A DNA stretch of 64,000 nucleotides, from positions 1,488,001-1,552,000 of the forward strand of contig CM061247.1 in the NCBI GenBank assembly GCA_022605425.2, written 5' to 3'. The stretch is from Hamiltosporidium tvaerminnensis FI-OER-3-3. Lineage: Eukaryota; Fungi; Microsporidia. Shown here piece by piece: positions 59,166 through 64,000 of the stretch. Positions within the stretch are counted from its first letter, which is position 1. Every line of letters starts with the position of its first letter. The notes under the pieces were generated by a model that worked only from the letters and a program-made list of their open reading frames with translations, was not told where the DNA came from and searched no databases. A program made the translations under genes and the position numbers.

Positions 59166-60371
59166 TTAAATAATAAAAAGTACTTTTTCTTTTAAAATTC
59201 TAAGTCTGAAGGAATTCCATTCTTTATCTGTCATAACAATTTCCTTAGAACATTCCAAACTAGAAAATATATTTGTACCTTTATATGCTAACAATGAAAG
59301 CGAATTATCTTCAAGTACATGAAACTTAGGAACTACATCATATTTAGACAATTTAGTATTTATTTCATTTTGTAAATTTGTACAAAAGTTTTCATAAAAA
59401 TTCTCGTTTGATTCAAAATTTCTCAGAAAAATGAAATTTGTACAAATTTTTTTAATTTTTTCAGTTGAAAGATCATTTTCAATCATAAAAAAAATATTTT
59501 CTAAAATATTTGTACTTTTTAAATCTACAATATCACCAAAATCTTCTATAAAATGCGTAGCAACATGTTCGTCTAAATCTTCTATAACTTCACCGCACTG
59601 ACAATTACTATCTACAATGTGTTCTGTCTTTATATGGCATATTGTGTCACCACGTACACAATTTTTGTATGAACAGAGATTACATGAATATATTGAAGAT
59701 CTGTTTTCATAAAGTTTCATTTTATTAAAATCATCTACAAAATCCGTAGCATCTTCGATGTAAAAAGGTTTGATTTTTTTTGTTGAAGAATTTTTAAACA
59801 TAATATTTTTATCAACCAAACAATTGTCTTCAATAAAAGTAAACGTAAAATAATCAGAAAATTCCATTATGAGAATACCATTTGATATATTTAAAGAAAA
59901 GCACAGGGATAGAGAAACTGGAAGGATTAAAATTGATTTACAGTTACGTAAATTTATGAAATAATCACAGAGCGCTATAATTTCACTTCTTGTAAGAAAA
60001 TCTGGTATACAAAGAGATAAATGTACATCTCTAAGAGATGTATACGGTAATACCAACCTCGTATCGAAATATTTGATGGCAAAATTTAAAGACGTAAAAA
60101 TATTTGAATTTATATTTGTTAGATTATAAAAATTTTCTAAATTACATTTTTCAAATGCGAAAAGTGAAGAACCAATCAAAGCTGTTTGAGTTGGAATAGA
60201 AATTGTTAAAAAGTTATCAGTTTCTTCTTTATAATTGGGATATTTGTATTTGTCTTGAACGTAATAAGAAGAATCAGATTTCATGAAATAACTTTGTATG
60301 TTTTTGTTTGGTGTCGTAATCTGATCAACAGTTGGAATTGTAAAGTTTTTTAGAATATTTTGTTGTGGCAT
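59166..60371 (-). CDS. ARP8: Actin-related protein 8 (INO80 subunit), divergent
   Basis: LCIPDFLTRSEI...FIEDN and the C-terminal AYKGTNIFSSLECSKEIVMTDKEWNSFRLRILKEKVLF match Arp8 (WKGGAVLACLDTTQELWIYQREWQRFGVRMLRERAAF). Start context tttaccctttaacATG. Confidence 0.75.
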   Translation of the reverse strand: MPQQNILKNFTIPTVDQITTPNKNIQSYFMKSDSSYYVQDKYKYPNYKEETDNFLTISIPTQTALIGSSLFAFEKCNLENFYNLTNINSNIFTSLNFAIKYFDTRLVLPYTSLRDVHLSLCIPDFLTRSEIIALCDYFINLRNCKSILILPVSLSLCFSLNISNGILIMEFSDYFTFTFIEDNCLVDKNIMFKNSSTKKIKPFYIEDATDFVDDFNKMKLYENRSSIYSCNLCSYKNCVRGDTICHIKTEHIVDSNCQCGEVIEDLDEHVATHFIEDFGDIVDLKSTNILENIFFMIENDLSTEKIKKICTNFIFLRNFESNENFYENFCTNLQNEINTKLSKYDVVPKFHVLEDNSLSLLAYKGTNIFSSLECSKEIVMTDKEWNSFRLRILKEKVLFII

Positions 60372-63335
60372 GTTAAAGGGTAAATAATATTTTTGTTTTA
60401 AGTTTACAACCGATCATACAAGAAATACATTTAATTTTTTGTATATTTAAATAATTGAAATCCAAAATATGGGGAAGGGTTCGAACTATGAAGCTTCCAA
60501 ACAAATTTATAAATACAAAACTACTTGAAACCATGAATTGAATGAGCAGTAAATATAGTGAATCATAGGTTCAAATTCCCTACATGACACTTATAATATA
60601 GACGGCGCTAGTGTACTATGACGAGGCAACACGTAGAGGAAAGCCTGATTCCTTTGGAGTAAAAACCCAGGAGATAGAAAGTTCTATGTCTTTACTTCTC
60701 AAAGAAAATTATGAGAAAGATTTTAGCAAAAAAAAATCTTCGAGTCTAATATAAATACCTATTTTTTATTTTCGTTTTAAATTCAACCTGAACTAAACTT
60801 CAAAATGATTAATAACAGACCCAAGTATAAAATGTGTCTGAAAAGACTAATTAAAAAATCTAAAGAGTGTAGGTATAGAAAGCATTTCCAAAAAAATTAT
60901 ATGTTTTTGCTATATAAAAGCTTATTTTAGCGAAAGCTTTTCGAGCATGTTAGATTTCAACAAGTAATCTATTGTAATAGATATTACCTTAGGTTTATGG
61001 TTTACAATGTGGAACAAAATTGATGACATAATTACGTAATATGAATATTTGAAATAATATATTTATCCGATAATACTTCATTATTTAATAAAAACACTGG
61101 TATTATCAATAAGATTCATAGCTTAGAAACTCTGGGAATTGATGGAATTTATAATGTCTTGTTCAAAATATTTTTATTCGTCGAGAATATTTTTATGATA
61201 TTGAGAAAGTTATATGTTTAATAGAAACATCGCAAGTGGTTGGTTATCACCATAAGACTTAGCTAATTTATAAATACACGTCTTTTATGGCTCTAACTAC
61301 AAAAACTGGTACATGAAAGTACAATATCTATATGTTAAGGTTTAAACATCTGAAATGATTCTTTGGACTGGAATTAAAAGACTATCGCAAATTTTAGATA
61401 CCGAATAGAAAGCACTACTATTTCCGGAAACAAGAGGACGAGTTCTATAAATCAACGGCTTCGATAAACAGTATGGAAAATAAATTAAGTTATTTAGCTT
61501 AATCTTAAGAAACATATGATTATAAAATTCTTGCCTGATTTGTTAGATACATCCAAAGTTTTAACATATTCAATTCGATCTTGAAACTTATAAGGAAATA
61601 GTATCGAATTGAAACTGATATCTAGGGGTTTAAAAAGGTTGGCTTAAATTGAAAGTTGGATATACAAGAATATTTTTTTTGGTTTTCACTGCTTGGTGGG
61701 GGTGTAAATCAGTAAGTCTTAATTTCATAGTAAATTCACACTAAAGAAATATATTTGATCCGACTTTCATACCACTGATCACGTGATTCTGTTTATTAAT
61801 CTTAAAGTTTGATATGTGATAGATTACATTAAAGTTGTTTATAAAAAATCAAAATAATTTAAATATATAATTGATCTAGACTTTAATACAGAGAAGACTA
61901 CACAAAATGCCCGTTTTTCAAAAATTATGATACTTTTTAGGTGTTTCTATGCAGCTATATTGTATAAAAATAGTATAAGATGGCAAAGGAAATTTAGTAA
62001 GCCTGTAGTTAAAAAAAGGTATAACTAAGCCGCAAAAAGAAGAAACATTTTTAATGGATTAAATTCAAGAAAATTATATCATGTTTTTTTTGAAAATTTA
62101 AAAAAAACCCAAATTTCGTGTTGAAATACTCTGATTTGAGGAGGCAGATTTCTTACTAACAGAAGATATGACGCTGAAGTATTTGCAGAGAACAGGATAA
62201 TCTCAAATCGGGATGATAACAGACTTTCTACCCGGCCCTATTTGACCTTGAAATGATTTACAAAATGGGGAATAAGAGGCGAAAATATGGCTTTGTGCCA
62301 TTAGAGGACTTTTAAAAAAATAAGAAATTTCTACCAAAAGAACAGCAATCGGAAATAGAAAAAATGATAGTAAAACATGCCTTGCATAAAAAAATGCTTT
62401 ATAAAATAAAAGTACGCGAGGCAATCATGGGTTAAATTTTAGATAGAAATCTTCTTGTCTATTTATATAGCAAAAAAAATATAGAAAACAGTATTTAAGG
62501 CATAGAATAGTATAAATAATGGGTGAAAAGTAGAAACTATTACTTAGTTATATTTAGAAAAGAGAATATGCGTTTCTTATCTAGTGTGAATGTTTTATAT
62601 TTAAACAAAAAAGTGTTAAATTCGTATAAACTCGAGGGAAATCAGTAGATCAATTAAAAAAAAATGAAAAAATGTTGAATTCTGAGGATACTTTCGTCAT
62701 TACAAGATTTATAAAAATCTAATATCTTAAACATATATATTTTCTGGCTTAAAAACAATTGAGAATCATTTGGTTCAAGAAATTCTATAAAACGAATAGC
62801 GTCAATTATAGTAGAAACCAACACAAAGATTGCTGTTCGGTTAATATCAGTAGACCTAACATGTTTATTCTTGATAGAAATAAACTTATTGTACAAATCG
62901 AGGGCTAATTACACAACAGGATTTGCTTAAAAGTGCGAATAAAAAAAAATCAAAGAAATAAGATATAGTAATTATGAATTTGATCTTGTTATAATCCTGG
63001 TTTATATTAATTCCAGATGAAATCCTCTGGTTTTTTCGGCAATGTATCACTAAATGTGCCTTACTAAATCTCTATGCCTATATAAAGTCGCTAGTGCTCG
63101 ATTGACGTGTAAATTTTTTTTTTCCTGACGAGTAGATTTTATCACAGTCGTAATGCATGTGAAAGGCCGCAGAAAGACAAAACTGTATGGTATTCAAAAA
63201 CCGAAAGACAGGACCAATCTTTACTCACGGTACAAATAACCCCTATTGATGATGAGTTTTTATCAAAAACCACTGAAATTAATGAACCTAAAAGTATAAT
63301 AAACAAGTAAAATCAACTCTATACTCAAGAGATAT

Positions 63336-63772
63336 TTAAAAATATCACATCTTTTTACAATAGTGGCAAGTGTTATATTTGTTTTTATGACATTAACGCA
63401 GTTCTAGGTTTAACATAAATAACTGCTACCCCAACACTCCATCGGTAACCCCTGCGATACCTACGTCCCAAAGCCTTTCATCTACCAGGTGTGTAGAACC
63501 TAATTTAATAGGCGAGGCAGTTGCCCGGAGTTCGTTAATGTCTGTTGCATGGAGTGTGATCGAAGGCCGAAGCCCCCCCCTGGGCTCCCCCAAGACTATG
63601 CAGCATTCCCACTTACTCTACACTTTCTGAACCCAATAAACTTCTAGCTAAGATATATTTCAGAGACTTACATGGGGTCCACACAGTGCAATGTCATACC
63701 AACAGGTATAACCTGCTACTTAGCTTTGTCGGCTTTTAATGGATTTTATTTTTATATCTCCCAGGCGCTAAG
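63336..63772 (-). mobile_element. Family A retroelement, 5'-truncated copy
   Basis: Reverse complement of the 3' ~440 nt of 40420-41157, with a 12-bp TSD ctcaagagatat (63324-63335 / 63773-63784). Confidence 0.9.
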
Positions 63773-64000
63773 CTCAAGAGATATAATAATAATTAAATAT
63801 AATGAATGTCATAAATAGGAATCGAGAAAGAGGTAGAATAAAATAATAAAAAAACAAGGCAATAAAGGAATCATGAATTCAATAAACTGCATTAATATTA
63901 TAAGGTTATTTTGCAGAATATATCGCAGCGTCATATATTCTTAAGAAAGATAATGGGGCAAATTAGTAAGATTAAAAAGCCATATATGAGAATAAAATTG

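Noticed and set aside
60635-60650. gaggaaagcc resembling RNase P/MRP CR-I
   Set aside because: No complementary CR-V/P4 partner downstream.
60900-61200. LINE RT-like scraps (LAKAF, TLGIDGI); similar at 37180-37220
   Set aside because: Motif order is inconsistent and there is no frame; probably TE debris but unassignable.
63648-63673. Group I intron R/S-like words (aagatata, tcagagact)
   Set aside because: They are adjacent, in the wrong order and antisense to the element; no P7 can form.

Overview
Very AT-rich eukaryotic DNA that looks like a large, repeat-rich microsporidian genome (Hamiltosporidium-like; inferred from intronless divergent eukaryotic genes, CCC/GGG motifs just upstream of start codons, and the transposon types). 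Recognisable genes are DNA polymerase kappa, a probable Scc2/NIPBL cohesin loader, Cfd1, CCT7 and Arp8; all but polymerase kappa cluster at 48-60 kb. There are also several lineage-specific secreted or membrane proteins and three disrupted paralogues of one secreted-protein family. The spacers hold decayed transposons: R4/Dong-like RLE LINEs, RTE LINE tails, a Ginger/TDD-like DDE transposon and a possible MULE. They also hold three families of short non-coding retroelements. Family A is ~730 nt and structured, with 4 copies and 12-bp TSDs on two of them. Family B is ~240 nt, has 4 copies and shares A's 5' head. The third is a 240-nt RTE-derived bipartite SINE with 3 copies. The most unusual signal is one family-A copy (29.2-29.9 kb). 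It differs from its siblings by ~26 small gaps that remove almost only adenines, all within a ~300-nt block. All alignments and counts were made by eye.
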